From a virus (lineage: Duplodnaviria > Caudoviricetes), in IMG/VR virus record IMGVR_UViG_2816332589_000001, positions 64,001 through 128,000 of that record: a stretch of 64,000 nt of DNA; one strand, given 5' to 3'. Position numbers and translations under genes: made by a program. Below are positions 1 to 10,078 of this stretch, piece by piece. Under the pieces are notes generated by a model. The model saw only the letters and a list, made by a program, of their open reading frames with translations, was not told the DNA's origin and made no database searches. Within the stretch, counting starts at the first letter, position 1. Each line of letters begins with the position of its first letter.

Positions 1-226
1 CGTTCTCGCCCCGCGTGAAGTGCTTCTGGTCGATGACCTGGGGCAGCATCCGCAGCCCGTACTTGGCCATGCGGGGCCCGATCTCGGCCACGATGTCGTC
101 GTACGCCTGGAACTTGTACCCCATCTTCTTGTTGGTGCCGTTCTTGCCGACGGGATCGATCTCCCGCATGACGGCGATCATGGCCTCATCGACGGTGAGA
201 TGGGGCGTCGTCTCGGTTTCGGCCAT
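1..226 (-). CDS. ERF-family ssDNA-annealing protein (N-terminal part, runs off window)
   Basis: Manual translation MAETETTPHLTVDEAMIAVMREIDPVGKNGTNKKMGYKFQAYDDIVAEIGPRMAKYGL matches the ERF N-terminal pattern; GGAGG RBS upstream. Confidence 0.75.
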   Translation of the reverse strand, partial: MAETETTPHLTVDEAMIAVMREIDPVGKNGTNKKMGYKFQAYDDIVAEIGPRMAKYGLRMLPQVIDQKHFTRGEN

Positions 227-352
227 GGATGACCGTCCTCCTGGCTGGCTTGGAGCGTTGACCCGCCCGCGGCTTGCTCGTACCGGGGCATGGTGCGTCG
301 CGGCGAGGGGCAACATCCTCGCCCGGACACGGTTGTCAGTTTACCACTGTGG

Positions 353-790
353 TCACTCGTCCGGGCAGGTGAAGAGGCCCGTCACCGGTGCCTCCTTCTC
401 GGGGTCCAGCAGAGCATCGGCGTGCCTGCGATACCAGGCGTCCAAGGCGCGGGCGGCCTCCGGCGCCCCGGACTCGGCGTCCGGGTCGGCGGCCTGTCGC
501 TCCGCCCACTGCCTGGTACCGGCCTCGAACTCGGCCTGCACGGAATCCTCGTCGCGGCAAAGCGCAGCGGCCAGCTCCGACCACGGCGTCCCAGCCAGCG
601 CCTCCGCCCGTACGGTCCACTGGAGTACCTGAAGGGAGAGCAGCCGCAGCCGGCGGGCAGCCAGGATGCGGTCGGCGGCCGTGCCCTCTCCCGAGATCTC
701 TCCGACGATGCCGCGCGCGAAGTCGGCGACCTCCCGTGCGTGCTCGGCCGTGATGAGCCGCGCCTGGGCGGCCTGCTGGGGACAGTCCAT
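353..790 (-). CDS. hypothetical protein
   Basis: 145-aa ORF with RBS-like GAAGG, co-oriented with neighbours. Confidence 0.65.
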   Translation of the reverse strand: MDCPQQAAQARLITAEHAREVADFARGIVGEISGEGTAADRILAARRLRLLSLQVLQWTVRAEALAGTPWSELAAALCRDEDSVQAEFEAGTRQWAERQAADPDAESGAPEAARALDAWYRRHADALLDPEKEAPVTGLFTCPDE

Positions 791-874
791 GAAGCGGGTC
801 CTTCGGGTGCCGAAACGACAACGGCGGGCGCCCCGAGGATACGGGGCACCCGCCGTGGCGGTGGTGAGACGGGG

Positions 875-2125
875 TCAGCCCGCGCTGACCAGCTCACGTT
901 GGTCGGCCATCTTCGACGCCCGGTACTCCTCGTACCAGCGCTCGAACTTCGGCTTCACGTTGGCCCGACCGGACGCGTCGGACCGGCCGAGCCTGCGGCC
1001 CAGGTTGCTGCCGCAGAACGGCCCGCCGTCCTTCACCAGCGGGTCCTGCTCCCAGTCCTCGTACTCGCTCGCGTCCCGGGCCGCGCGATAGAGCTCGAAC
1101 AGGGCCTGCTCCGCCTCGCCCTTGGTCATCCCGGCGAACTCATCGCTCATCACCACGGACTCCACGACCCGCGCCGGCCGCTTGACCGTCTTCGCGCTCG
1201 CCGCCGCCCGGGGCTGCGCCGGGACGGCGGCCGCGGCCTCCTGGCGCTGTCGCTCAAGGCGCTGGGCCTCCTCGCGGTGCGCCCGCGCCTCCTGCTCCGC
1301 CTTCTCCCGGCGCTCCCGGTCGGCTCGCTCCTCCTGGCGGATGCGCTCAGCGAGTTCACGCTCGGCCCGCTCCCGCTCGATACGGGCGTTGTATTCGCGG
1401 CGTGCCTTCTCCTCATCCAGGCGAGCCTGCCGATCAGCCTCCTCGCGGGCGGTGCGCTCCTTCTCCAGGGCGAGAGCGTGCTCGCGCTCCTCCCGCAGAC
1501 GGGTCTCCTCACGCTCCGCACGCTCGCGCTCCAGCTTCGCGGCGTGCTCCCGCGCCTGCCGTTCGGCCTGCTCCTTCGCGGCCCGTGCCTGCTCGCGTTC
1601 TTCCCGCTGCCGCTGCTCTCGGGCTTCTTCCTCGGCCCGCCGGCGCTCATCCGCCGCGGCCTGATCGGCAGCGATCCGGGCCAGGGCAGCGCTGATCGCG
1701 CGCCGGTACGACAGGCCGGCCTCCGCGGTGACGATCAGCAGGAGTGGCGCGGCGGAGTGAACGGCCATGCCCACCCAGTCGTGACGCAGCGCGCTGTCAC
1801 CGACGTTGAGGGCGAGGGTCATCAGGCCAGTCATCCACCGCAGAAGCACGGGCCAGGCGCCGCCCTCGCCGCCGAGGCGGGAGATGACGGAGTCCAGCTT
1901 GACCACGATGATCACCGCGGCGTCCACGACGAGCGGCAGGATGGGCGCCGTCCACTCCCAGCCTGACGGGCTGACCGACCGGACGAGTGGGGTAACGGTG
2001 AGCACGCTGAAGAGCAGGGCCCCGGCCGTGATCGCCCAGGTCCCCGCCTTCAGAGTGCGTTCAGCCGAGCGGATCTCCGCCTCGGACATGGCGGCGTAGC
2101 GCGCCGTGGAAAGGGGTCGGGCCAC
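875..2125 (-). CDS. SpdB/DUF2637-like plasmid spread membrane protein with coiled coil
   Basis: Four N-terminal TM segments (PLVVDAAV, LNVGDS, HSAAPLLL) followed by a long E/R/A coiled coil, typical of Streptomyces Spd proteins. Confidence 0.7.
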   Translation of the reverse strand: MARPLSTARYAAMSEAEIRSAERTLKAGTWAITAGALLFSVLTVTPLVRSVSPSGWEWTAPILPLVVDAAVIIVVKLDSVISRLGGEGGAWPVLLRWMTGLMTLALNVGDSALRHDWVGMAVHSAAPLLLIVTAEAGLSYRRAISAALARIAADQAAADERRRAEEEAREQRQREEREQARAAKEQAERQAREHAAKLERERAEREETRLREEREHALALEKERTAREEADRQARLDEEKARREYNARIERERAERELAERIRQEERADRERREKAEQEARAHREEAQRLERQRQEAAAAVPAQPRAAASAKTVKRPARVVESVVMSDEFAGMTKGEAEQALFELYRAARDASEYEDWEQDPLVKDGGPFCGSNLGRRLGRSDASGRANVKPKFERWYEEYRASKMADQRELVSAG

Positions 2126-2139
2126 TGTGCTGTCCTCCT

Positions 2140-2192
2140 GGAGCGTCCCGAGGTGCGCTCTCGCTCGTGAGCGCTCGGTCGCGGACAGCCTA
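2140..2192 (-). promoter_or_regulatory. leader element copy A (TAGGCT -10, ACGAGCGA-loop hairpin, ACGCTCC box)
   Basis: Minus strand GCGCTC-ACGAGCGA-GAGCGC, then GGGACGCTCCAGGAGG before the spdB-like start. Confidence 0.65.
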
Positions 2193-2251
2193 GATCATCT
2201 CCGAGGCCGCAGACCTGCCCCTTCCCCGCTAACACGCCAAAGGCGCACCAT

Positions 2252-3115
2252 CTACCACATTTGGGGCTTTCGCCGGTCGTTGCCGACCATGCGCAAGACC
2301 ACGGCCCGCTGCCCGACGCGAGATGCCAAGCGGTCACCGAGGACCGCCGCGACCTGGTCGAAGCTCAGGTTCGTGGTGAACAGCGTGGCCCGCCCGCTGT
2401 TGAGCCGTGCGGTGATCAGGTTTGAGGTGTGGGTGCGGACGTGATTCGTGGCGTACTCGTCCATCTCGTTACACAGGTCGTCCAGGATGAGCAGGTCGCA
2501 CCGTTCGTACCGCTCGCGCACGGAGACCGGCGTCAGACCGGCGGGCGCGTTGTTCGGCTGGAGCCACGACAGGTACATCGAGTGCGACACGAACCGCGCC
2601 ATCAGGCCGCATTCGACAGCGAAGGCGCCCGCCGCGGCGGCGGCCACCGTCTTGCCCGATCCGACGCTGCCGTGGGCGATCAGGTGCTGGATGCTGGGCC
2701 GGGCTATGTTGCGCTGCGCCTCCGGCACCTTGAGCTGGTCGCGGTTGTGCTGCCGGGTCTTGGCGAGCTCTTCGACGTACCGGCGCAGATGGTCGGGGAA
2801 CTGCTCCCCATCCAGGGCGGGCAGCCGGTACCGGGCGTAGTCTCCGTGCCCCGACAAGGCCAGGGAGTTCACCCACGCCTGCCGGAACACGTCGCGCTGG
2901 TACTCGTCGGTGCTGTCTGACCGGTCTTCGGGGTGGTCGGCCCTGGCCGGGTCCAGGCCGCGGCGCCGCAGCATCTCCGCGACGGCCGCGACGGGGTCGC
3001 CGGCGCGTACGACCTTCCGGCCTTCCGGTATCGCCGGGGCAGGCATGGTGAGGGACATCTCGTCGTTCCTCCTCTCGTCGGCCGACTGCTCAGGCGGCGT
3101 CATCGGACTCGACAC
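2252..3115 (-). CDS. DnaC/IstB-like AAA+ ATPase (helicase loader)
   Basis: Walker A GSVGSGKT, Walker B LLILDDL, TLFTTNL, RLASR, GNDRR. Confidence 0.9.
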   Translation of the reverse strand: MSSPMTPPEQSADERRNDEMSLTMPAPAIPEGRKVVRAGDPVAAVAEMLRRRGLDPARADHPEDRSDSTDEYQRDVFRQAWVNSLALSGHGDYARYRLPALDGEQFPDHLRRYVEELAKTRQHNRDQLKVPEAQRNIARPSIQHLIAHGSVGSGKTVAAAAAGAFAVECGLMARFVSHSMYLSWLQPNNAPAGLTPVSVRERYERCDLLILDDLCNEMDEYATNHVRTHTSNLITARLNSGRATLFTTNLSFDQVAAVLGDRLASRVGQRAVVLRMVGNDRRKPQMW

Positions 3116-4337
3116 CGAACACGTCGAGGTCGGGCGCGGCCGGGGCCGGCGCGGCGGACTGGGTGCCGCCTGAATCGCCCTGCATCCACTGGTCGTTGGT
3201 GAAGATCGGGGCGCGCCCGCTAGAGCCGGAACGCGGGGCGCGGACGCCTGACAGGCGTCGCAGCTCCTTGTCCAGCGCCCACTTCGTCGGTGTCCAGTCG
3301 CCGATGTTGCCCAGGGCCTGCCAGATGAGCCTGGAGTCGTAGCCTGCTGCCAGGGCCGTACGGATGCGGGTGCGCAGGTTGAGGAAGTAGCCGGTCCGCT
3401 GCCGTTCGGTGTCCGCCATCAGGGGGCCCATCCGCTTGGCGGCCACCAGCTTCTCCGCTTCCTCCCACCACTTGGTGGCGCCCTTCTGCGCCTGCTTGTC
3501 GAGTGCGATGTCCTCGGGCGTCTTGTCCTTCAAACGCTTGAGCATCCGTTCGAACTTGGCCTTCGCCGGGCCCCACTCGCCGATCTCCCGGAGCACCAGC
3601 TTGATCAGTTCCACGTCGTGGCCGGCGGCCATGGCGTCGTGGATGCGTGTGACCAGGTTGGTTCGGGCGCGCTCCCTCTGCTGCTCGGTGACGAGCGGGT
3701 GCAGATGGCCCTGATCGGTCAGGTCCTGCGCCTGCGCCCACCACTCCTCGGCGACCGTACGGGCAGCAGCCTCGACAGCGGTCTCCTGCGGCGGAGCCGC
3801 GGGTGCAGGCTGCCCCGACTTGGTATCGGTATCGGGTTCTGCTGCTTCCTGGACCTTTACCTTGCGGGGACGGCCAGGACCGCGGGAGAGCTTCTGCGCC
3901 TCTTCCTCACGGCGGTGCTTGTAGTGCTCTCCGACGTTGGTCTCGCCCTCGAAGCCAGCGGGCGGCATCTGGTGGACGAGGTAGCGGATGCCCTTGGCGC
4001 CGTTGGGCCGGGTCATCGGCTCGCGGTCGATGGCGTCGGCGTCGTCAAGCTGGTCTAGGTACTGATCGACGGACTGCTCACGGGAGAAGCCGAGGATGCG
4101 CGCAATGGTCTTGCGGGAAGGCCAGCACGAACTGTCGCCACTGGCGACGTTCACGTGCATCGCCAGCACGTTGTAGACGGCCTTCGCCTGCGGAGCCAGG
4201 ATCTTCCCCCGGTACATCGGGTGGGACTTACTGCCCGGGTACAGCGTCACCCAGTCCGGGATCATGGAGAACGGCGCTTTGCGGCCGACCACAACCTCGA
4301 ACTGCTCGTCCAGCTCGTCCATCTCGTGGCTGGTCAC
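3090..4337 (-). CDS. phage-type replication initiator with HTH domain
   Basis: AKAVYNVL...CWPSRKTIARILG winged-HTH motif; directly upstream of the DnaC-like gene. Confidence 0.75.
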   Translation of the reverse strand: MTSHEMDELDEQFEVVVGRKAPFSMIPDWVTLYPGSKSHPMYRGKILAPQAKAVYNVLAMHVNVASGDSSCWPSRKTIARILGFSREQSVDQYLDQLDDADAIDREPMTRPNGAKGIRYLVHQMPPAGFEGETNVGEHYKHRREEEAQKLSRGPGRPRKVKVQEAAEPDTDTKSGQPAPAAPPQETAVEAAARTVAEEWWAQAQDLTDQGHLHPLVTEQQRERARTNLVTRIHDAMAAGHDVELIKLVLREIGEWGPAKAKFERMLKRLKDKTPEDIALDKQAQKGATKWWEEAEKLVAAKRMGPLMADTERQRTGYFLNLRTRIRTALAAGYDSRLIWQALGNIGDWTPTKWALDKELRRLSGVRAPRSGSSGRAPIFTNDQWMQGDSGGTQSAAPAPAAPDLDVFGVESDDAA

Positions 4338-4657
4338 TGGCCCGCTCCTTCCTGAGCATCGTGCGGAGCAAGGCGGTAGGAGATCAAACGGCGGTCTTGG
4401 CGGTCGATGCGGCGCGGTTGTGCGGTCCGTTCTACGAGACCGGTGCGGACGAGCAGCGTGAGCGCCGAGCGGGCCTGATGGTGGGTCATGCCGGCGGAGG
4501 CGGCGAAGTCGTCAGTGTGGTGCCAGTCGCACACGTCGAGGTCACGCCGACGCAGATGCCGTACGAACGCGGTGAGGACCGTCGGGCTGATCCGCCGGGC
4601 GCCGACGAGGTCGGTCGCCTGGTCGATCAGCGCCAAACGGGTGTCGCTGGGGATCAC
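4334..4657 (-). CDS. small winged-HTH protein
   Basis: DFAASAGMTHHQARSALTLLVRTGLVER; overlaps the next start codon. Confidence 0.6.
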   Translation of the reverse strand: MIPSDTRLALIDQATDLVGARRISPTVLTAFVRHLRRRDLDVCDWHHTDDFAASAGMTHHQARSALTLLVRTGLVERTAQPRRIDRQDRRLISYRLAPHDAQEGAGQ

Positions 4658-4720
4658 GAAGCTTCCTTGCGGGAGGTGCCCACCCCCGTCGAAGCAGGGG
4701 TGGGCAGGACGTGCGGACGA

Positions 4721-5044
4721 TCACGCGGCGGGGGCGAAACCCCGGACCTTTGCCTTGTGCTCGGCGGCCTTGCGTATGGGCCCGTAGTCGATGGCCCTGG
4801 CCTTGCCGAGCGACCTCTCTTTGACCAGCGCCTTGCGCTCGACCTCGGTAAGGCCGCCCATCACGCCGAACTCGACGCGGCTGGCCGGGGCGAGCGCGTA
4901 CTCCAGGCAGCGGTCCTGGACCGGGCACCGCGCGCACAGCCCCTTGGCGAACTCCGTCTTCTTGACCGCGCCCGAGTCCGGGAACATGGCCTCCGGGTCA
5001 GTGCGCGCGCACAGCGCGTCGAGCATGAAGTCGGGAACGCTCAT
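4721..5044 (-). CDS. WhiB-family Fe-S transcription factor
   Basis: ALCARTDPEAMFP..AKGLCARCPVQDRCLEYAL..FGVMGGLTEVER (4 Cys and G[V]xGG turn). Confidence 0.93.
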   Translation of the reverse strand: MSVPDFMLDALCARTDPEAMFPDSGAVKKTEFAKGLCARCPVQDRCLEYALAPASRVEFGVMGGLTEVERKALVKERSLGKARAIDYGPIRKAAEHKAKVRGFAPAA

Positions 5045-6279
5045 GCCGCACCCCCGTTGATGCCGTCCGGCTCGTCGCGCAGGAGGCGCCACCGCTGAGA
5101 GTCGCGGTCCCATTTGATGTACTCGACGCCGAAGGGGTCGTAGATCATGCCGTCCGCCCCCATCCAGAAGCCGACCTCCGCGTCAACGAGGGCGTTGAGG
5201 CCATCTACAGCGCGCTGCCACGGCGAAACCGCGCCGGTGGGCTCGCCGAGATTCTCCGGCCGGACCGCGCCCCGCCGGATCTTGGACGCCAGGATCTCGG
5301 CGCCGTCCGCTCGCAACTGGTTGTCACGACTGCCGGTTGCCCGGTACTCACGTGCCTTCTTGAGCAGCCACGCGGTGATCTGTGCGTCGCGCTCGGCGGT
5401 GATCGCCTCGCGGGTAGTGGCCTGCTTCTCCAGCTCGGCGACGCGCGCCCGCAGCCGCTCCACCTCAACGGCAGGGGTGACCCGGTCGCGGGCCCACGGC
5501 CACGGGCAGTTCCCTGCCGAGTGCTCGCCGATCACGTCTACGGGGACGACGGCGTAGGCCAGGGCGTCCGCGGCCTCCACGGCGGTATCCCGCTGCCCGA
5601 TCGTGGCCGTGTGGGCGCGTCGCTCACGCTCCAGCTCAGCCCGCAGCCGGGCGTTCTCGGCCTCCAGGTCGGCGCCCGGCCGGGTGGACTCGCCCTTGCG
5701 GGTGTCCTTCCCGGCCTCGTCGGCGCGCTCCTCCAGCACCAGAGCCGCGCGGTACAGGCCCTCGCTCTGCCGCGCGCGGCCGGGCTCGGGCATCTCGTCG
5801 GCCAGCCGACGCAGGCGACGCGCCTCCTCGCGCAGCATCTCGGCGCGGCCGGTAGCGGCCTGCTGTTCCAGCTCGGCGACACGGTCCCGCAGCTCGTCGC
5901 GCTCCATCTGCGTGGCGAGCGACGCGCCGAACATGTCCTGTACCGCCGTCTGCAACTCTCGGGCTCGGGCCGCGTACCGGTCGGCCGCACTGCCGGTGGA
6001 GAGCGCGCGAGTGCGGGCCCTGCGCCAGGCGATGCAGTAGCGCTCGGCCTCGGACTCGGCGTCAAGCAGCCGACGCAGGATCGGCCTCATGTGCTCGCCC
6101 ATGTACGAGACGAGGTTCAGGCAGTAGAGGTCTTCCCACTGCGGGTGGTCGTGCTCGCGGACGTTGGTGATGATCTCGCCGAACGAGACGACGAGGTCGG
6201 TGCGGGCCGGCTTTGCGTCACCGAGGTGGGCGCCCAGTGCGGCGCGCTGCTCAGCGGAAAGAGGGGAACGGGCGCTCAT
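5041..6279 (-). CDS. phage-like coiled-coil hypothetical protein
   Basis: Start MSARSPLS overlaps the upstream stop; repeated LRxRVAELE motifs. Confidence 0.7.
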   Translation of the reverse strand: MSARSPLSAEQRAALGAHLGDAKPARTDLVVSFGEIITNVREHDHPQWEDLYCLNLVSYMGEHMRPILRRLLDAESEAERYCIAWRRARTRALSTGSAADRYAARARELQTAVQDMFGASLATQMERDELRDRVAELEQQAATGRAEMLREEARRLRRLADEMPEPGRARQSEGLYRAALVLEERADEAGKDTRKGESTRPGADLEAENARLRAELERERRAHTATIGQRDTAVEAADALAYAVVPVDVIGEHSAGNCPWPWARDRVTPAVEVERLRARVAELEKQATTREAITAERDAQITAWLLKKAREYRATGSRDNQLRADGAEILASKIRRGAVRPENLGEPTGAVSPWQRAVDGLNALVDAEVGFWMGADGMIYDPFGVEYIKWDRDSQRWRLLRDEPDGINGGAA

Positions 6280-6845
6280 TCGCCTGCCTCCAGCTCCGGC
6301 AGGGCGAAGGACTCTGCCGTCAGTTCGGGCAGGTTCTCCAGGGCCCGGTCGAGGAAGCCGAGCATGTCGTCCAGTGCCTCTTTGCCCTGGGTGTTCCACT
6401 TGGGGCTGATGCTGGTGGGCTCACCGCCCGGCTCGTAGCCGATGCCGGGAACCACTTCGCCGGTGGTGGCGTCAACGACCGTGTTCGTCTTCGCGATGTA
6501 CCGCAGGTGGCTCATCAGCGCTTCGAGGTAGGCCGGGCGAATGACGTACTGCGTCTCGCCCTTCTCGTCCGCGTAGTCGAGGAGCGCCTTCTCGTCCTCA
6601 ACGACGAACTTCGGCTTTGACACGCCCTGGGTGAACGTGGTCAGCGGCATAGAGTCCCCGGAAGGCAGGGGCAGCTTCGCCGCTGTGCTGCGCACACCCT
6701 TGGTGGACTCGATGTACGCGGCGTTCTCCCTGATCACCGCATCGCAGATGTCGGCGACGCGGGCCTTCACGCGGTAGGCCACCGCAGCCCTGAGCGCCAA
6801 GTCGCCGACACTCACGGCGTTGGGTGCGTTGTCCGTCTCGGGCAT
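6276..6845 (-). CDS. hypothetical protein, possibly Gam/Gp157-like nuclease inhibitor
   Basis: VEDEKALLDYA...VVDATTGEVVPGI resembles Gam/Gp157 C-termini; GAGAGG RBS; product call tentative. Confidence 0.55.
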   Translation of the reverse strand: MPETDNAPNAVSVGDLALRAAVAYRVKARVADICDAVIRENAAYIESTKGVRSTAAKLPLPSGDSMPLTTFTQGVSKPKFVVEDEKALLDYADEKGETQYVIRPAYLEALMSHLRYIAKTNTVVDATTGEVVPGIGYEPGGEPTSISPKWNTQGKEALDDMLGFLDRALENLPELTAESFALPELEAGE

Positions 6846-6883
6846 CGCTGGATACCTCTCTGGTTCTGCCGGTTTCCCGGCTT

Positions 6884-7011
6884 GGAGCGTGAAGGTCTGC
6901 TGCTGGTGGCCTTCCGTCGCTATGGACGGAGTGAGGCCGAAATCCGTTACACCAGACCCGGTGTGGCTGCTCGCTCGTGCGGCCACAGATCGGAACTGTA
7001 CACCACGTCCG
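6884..7011 (-). promoter_or_regulatory. leader element copy B
   Basis: CGGACGTGGTGTACAGT promoter, TGTGGCCGC-ACGAGCGA-GCAGCCACA hairpin, displaced ACGCTCC at 6884-6890. Confidence 0.7.
6918..6951 (-). promoter_or_regulatory. ECF-type promoter TGTAAC-N17-CGTC
   Basis: 27/34 identical to 53450-53483; resembles the BldN-type GTAAC/CGT consensus. Confidence 0.6.
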
Positions 7012-7296
7012 TTCGGGTTGGGTGGACCCCGCGACGGAACTGCCCGCGGCGTGTCTTCATGCACTCGGCCCGTACGGCGAACGGCGGAACGCGCACCCGC
7101 TGAACCGACCCGCCGGGCCCCGGCACCGCCCCGTCCGGACACGTGGGGCGACGCCGGCCGAGGAGCGGCCGATCCGGTCCGGCCATGACGGCACGTCCCG
7201 GTAGCGAGCCGGGACGCCGCGGTTGAAGTCCGCGGGCTCGCTGACCGCCGGCCGCTCCTCACCCCGCCCGTCGAGCTGCGCGACCAGGAGCAGCCC

Positions 7297-7932
7297 GTGA
7301 CCGGCCTCGCCGCCCCCCGCCACATCACCTACATCCCGCTCGCCGACCTGCCCCCGGACCCCGTGAACCCCAAGCGTCACGAGGTCGAGCGGATCATCGC
7401 CTCGATCAAGGACCACGGGTTCATCGAGACACCCGTCGTGGACGAGCGCACCGGCCTCGTCATATCCGGGCACGGCCGCCGTAAGGCCCTGATGGAGATG
7501 CAGGTGCGCGGCGAGCCGACCCCGGCGGGGCTTCTGGTGGACGACGACGGCGGATGGCTCGTGCCGGTCACCCGCGGCTGGTCGTCCACCAGCGACCGCC
7601 AGGCGCACGCCGTACTGATCCTGCTCAACCGGCTCCCGGCCGCCGGCGGATGGGAGCCCAGCGCGCTCGCCGAGATCCTGGAAGACCTCGCCACCTCCGA
7701 CACGGCCCTGTTCGACTCGCTGTGCATCTCCGACGACGAGATGGAGGAGCTGCTGCGCCAGGTCGATCCCGAGGGCCTGCCGCAGGGCCCCGACGGCACC
7801 GAGGCGCCGGAGAAGGAGCGCGGCCTGGAGGACGACTTCGCGGGTGACGGGTACGCCGACAGCGGCGACAACGAGCGCTCCGGCTCGGTGTGCTGCCCGG
7901 CCTGCGGCCACCTGTTCAGCCCGGGACGGTAG
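7297..7932 (+). CDS. ParB-like nuclease-domain protein with C-terminal Zn ribbon
   Basis: NPKRH..IIASIKDHGF..ISGHGRRKAL; CPACGH at the C-terminus. Confidence 0.85.
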   Translation: MTGLAAPRHITYIPLADLPPDPVNPKRHEVERIIASIKDHGFIETPVVDERTGLVISGHGRRKALMEMQVRGEPTPAGLLVDDDGGWLVPVTRGWSSTSDRQAHAVLILLNRLPAAGGWEPSALAEILEDLATSDTALFDSLCISDDEMEELLRQVDPEGLPQGPDGTEAPEKERGLEDDFAGDGYADSGDNERSGSVCCPACGHLFSPGR

Positions 7933-7959
7933 CCCCAGAGACGATCTACGGTCCCCGCC

Positions 7960-8571
7960 ATGCCCCGCCGTAAAAACCGCCGCTCCGACACCCCGGCGCG
8001 CGCCCGGCTGCTCACGCCGGATGTGGAGGCGCGCCTGATCGAGGCCAGTCGCGCCGGTCTCGCCGTGGACCTGGCGGCCGTCAATGCGGGCATCAGCCGG
8101 GCGACGTTCCTGCGGTGGATGGCCTACGGCCGTACCGAGGCCGTGGACCGCGCGGCCGGCAACGACCCGAACCCGGAGATGGACCGGTTCGTGGAGTTCT
8201 TCGAGAAGGTCGAGCGGGCCCGCGCCGCCGCCGCGCTCTCGGCCGCACTCGACATCCGGCGGGCCAGCCGTGGCGGCATCGTCACCACGCACCGCAAATT
8301 CGATCCGCACTCCGGCAAGGTGCTGGAGGAGACCGTCACCACGCCTCCCGACTGGCGCGCGGCGGCGTGGTACCTGGAACGCCAGCACCGCCGCCAGTAC
8401 GGCAAGGAAGACCACCTGGAGGTGGAGCTGACCGGCGCCGCGGGCGGCCCCGTCGCCGTGGAGAACACCGGCCCCTCGGCCGATCTCGCGACCCGCCTCG
8501 CCGAGACGTTGCACGCCCTCCAGTACCCCGACGACGAGCCCGACGACGCTCACGGCCCGGGCGACGACTGA
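7960..8571 (+). CDS. putative terminase small subunit
   Basis: N-terminal HTH (AGISRATFLRW), DWRAAAWYLER and VELTGAAGGPV motifs; follows a ParB-like gene. Confidence 0.7.
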   Translation: MPRRKNRRSDTPARARLLTPDVEARLIEASRAGLAVDLAAVNAGISRATFLRWMAYGRTEAVDRAAGNDPNPEMDRFVEFFEKVERARAAAALSAALDIRRASRGGIVTTHRKFDPHSGKVLEETVTTPPDWRAAAWYLERQHRRQYGKEDHLEVELTGAAGGPVAVENTGPSADLATRLAETLHALQYPDDEPDDAHGPGDD

Positions 8572-8638
8572 GCCCGGGACGCAAACCCTCCCGGCCCCGC
8601 ACGGTGCTCCCTCCCTGCTCACCAGCACCGGAGGAACC

Positions 8639-9544
8639 GTGACCATCAACTACTACCCAGGGGCATCCCGGGCGTACGACTACTCGTCCCGCTACGAGGG
8701 CGACGTGATCAAGCCGAACTGCGGCGTCATCCACACCACCGAGGGCATGACCGTGCCGTCGTACGGCAACGGCGCCGAGGCCCCGAACGTCACCGCGAAG
8801 CCGAACTTCGCGGCCAAGCGCCTGGACTTCTACCAGCACTACTCCTTCGCCCGCTCCGCCCGTGCCCTCGTAAACGCCCGCGGGGGCGTCGAGACCAACA
8901 CGCTCAACTGCATACAGGTCGAGCTGGTGGGCACGTGCGACCCCGCGCACGCGAAGACCTGGAACGGCGCACGGGCGGGCGTGGACTACATCTACTGGCC
9001 GGCCGCGCCGGACTGGGCGCTGGACGCCCTGGCCACGTTCATGGCCTGGCAGTACAAGAACAACGGCATCCCGCTCACCGGGCCCTCGACGTGGCTGCCC
9101 TACCCGTCGTCGTACGGCAACACCCGGGCCCGGATGTCGTTCTCCGCCTGGAACGCCTTCAAGGGCTGGTGCGGGCACTCCCACGTCCCGGAGAACTTCC
9201 ACGGTGACCCCGGCAACATCGACTTCGCCAAGCTGCTCACCCTGGCGAAGGCGAAGGCGAACGTCACCGGCGGGACGCCCGGCGGCGGCCCCGCGCCGAA
9301 GCCGATGCCGCCGTTCCCCGGGGCCTCGTACTTCGGGCCGGGCAAGAACAACGGTCACATCACCATCCTCGGCAAGCAGCTGGTGAAGAAGGGCTTCGGC
9401 AAGCACTACACCAGCGGGCCGGGTCCGCGCTGGTCGGAGGCCGACCGCCGCAACGTCCGCGATTTCCAGCTCTCCCGCACCGAGCTCCGCGGCGATCCCG
9501 ACGGTATCCCCGGCCCGCTGACCTGGCGGCTCCTCTTCTCCTGA
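8639..9544 (+). CDS. N-acetylmuramoyl-L-alanine amidase (endolysin) with peptidoglycan-binding domain
   Basis: VIHTTEG, QVELVG, GHSHVPENFHGDPG; C-terminal DGIPGPLTW. Confidence 0.9.
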   Translation: MTINYYPGASRAYDYSSRYEGDVIKPNCGVIHTTEGMTVPSYGNGAEAPNVTAKPNFAAKRLDFYQHYSFARSARALVNARGGVETNTLNCIQVELVGTCDPAHAKTWNGARAGVDYIYWPAAPDWALDALATFMAWQYKNNGIPLTGPSTWLPYPSSYGNTRARMSFSAWNAFKGWCGHSHVPENFHGDPGNIDFAKLLTLAKAKANVTGGTPGGGPAPKPMPPFPGASYFGPGKNNGHITILGKQLVKKGFGKHYTSGPGPRWSEADRRNVRDFQLSRTELRGDPDGIPGPLTWRLLFS

Positions 9545-9607
9545 CCCACCCAACCGGTTGGCCCACTGCCCGGCGGGCCAACCGACGATCCTGAAAGGCC
9601 CGCTCCT

Positions 9608-10078
9608 GTGGCAGGCGAGACCGTCATCACCGTCATCGGCAACCTGGTCGATGACCCCGAACTGCGCTTCACTCCCTCCGGCTCCGCAGTCGCCAAGTTC
9701 CGCGTCGCATCCACGCCCCGCACCTTCGACCGGCAGGCCAACGAGTGGAAGGACGGCGACGCCCTGTTCCTGACCTGTCAGGTATGGCGCCAGGCGGCGG
9801 AGAACGTGGCGGAGTCCCTGACCCGTGGCACACGCGTCATCGCACAGGGACGGCTGAAGCAGCGCTCGTACGAAGACCGCGAGGGGGTGAAGCGCACGGT
9901 CTACGAGCTGGACGTGGAAGAGGTCGGCCCGGCTCTGTCCCGGGCGACCGCGAAGGTGACCAAGTCCTCGGCTCCGCGTTCGGGTTCAGGGCCGGCGGCC
10001 TCTGCGAGCCCGGCCGACAACGCCCCGTCGTGGGCCAGCGCCCCGAAGGCCGGCCGTCAGCCGGAGCCGCCGTTCTAA
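9608..10078 (+). CDS. ssb: single-stranded DNA-binding protein
   Basis: [25 protein letters not shown]..., C-terminal EPPF. Confidence 0.97.
   Translation: MAGETVITVIGNLVDDPELRFTPSGSAVAKFRVASTPRTFDRQANEWKDGDALFLTCQVWRQAAENVAESLTRGTRVIAQGRLKQRSYEDREGVKRTVYELDVEEVGPALSRATAKVTKSSAPRSGSGPAASASPADNAPSWASAPKAGRQPEPPF

Noticed and set aside
2252-3115. IS21 istB transposon helper
   Set aside because: No istA transposase or terminal repeats; the upstream gene is a replication initiator, so a DnaC-like role fits better
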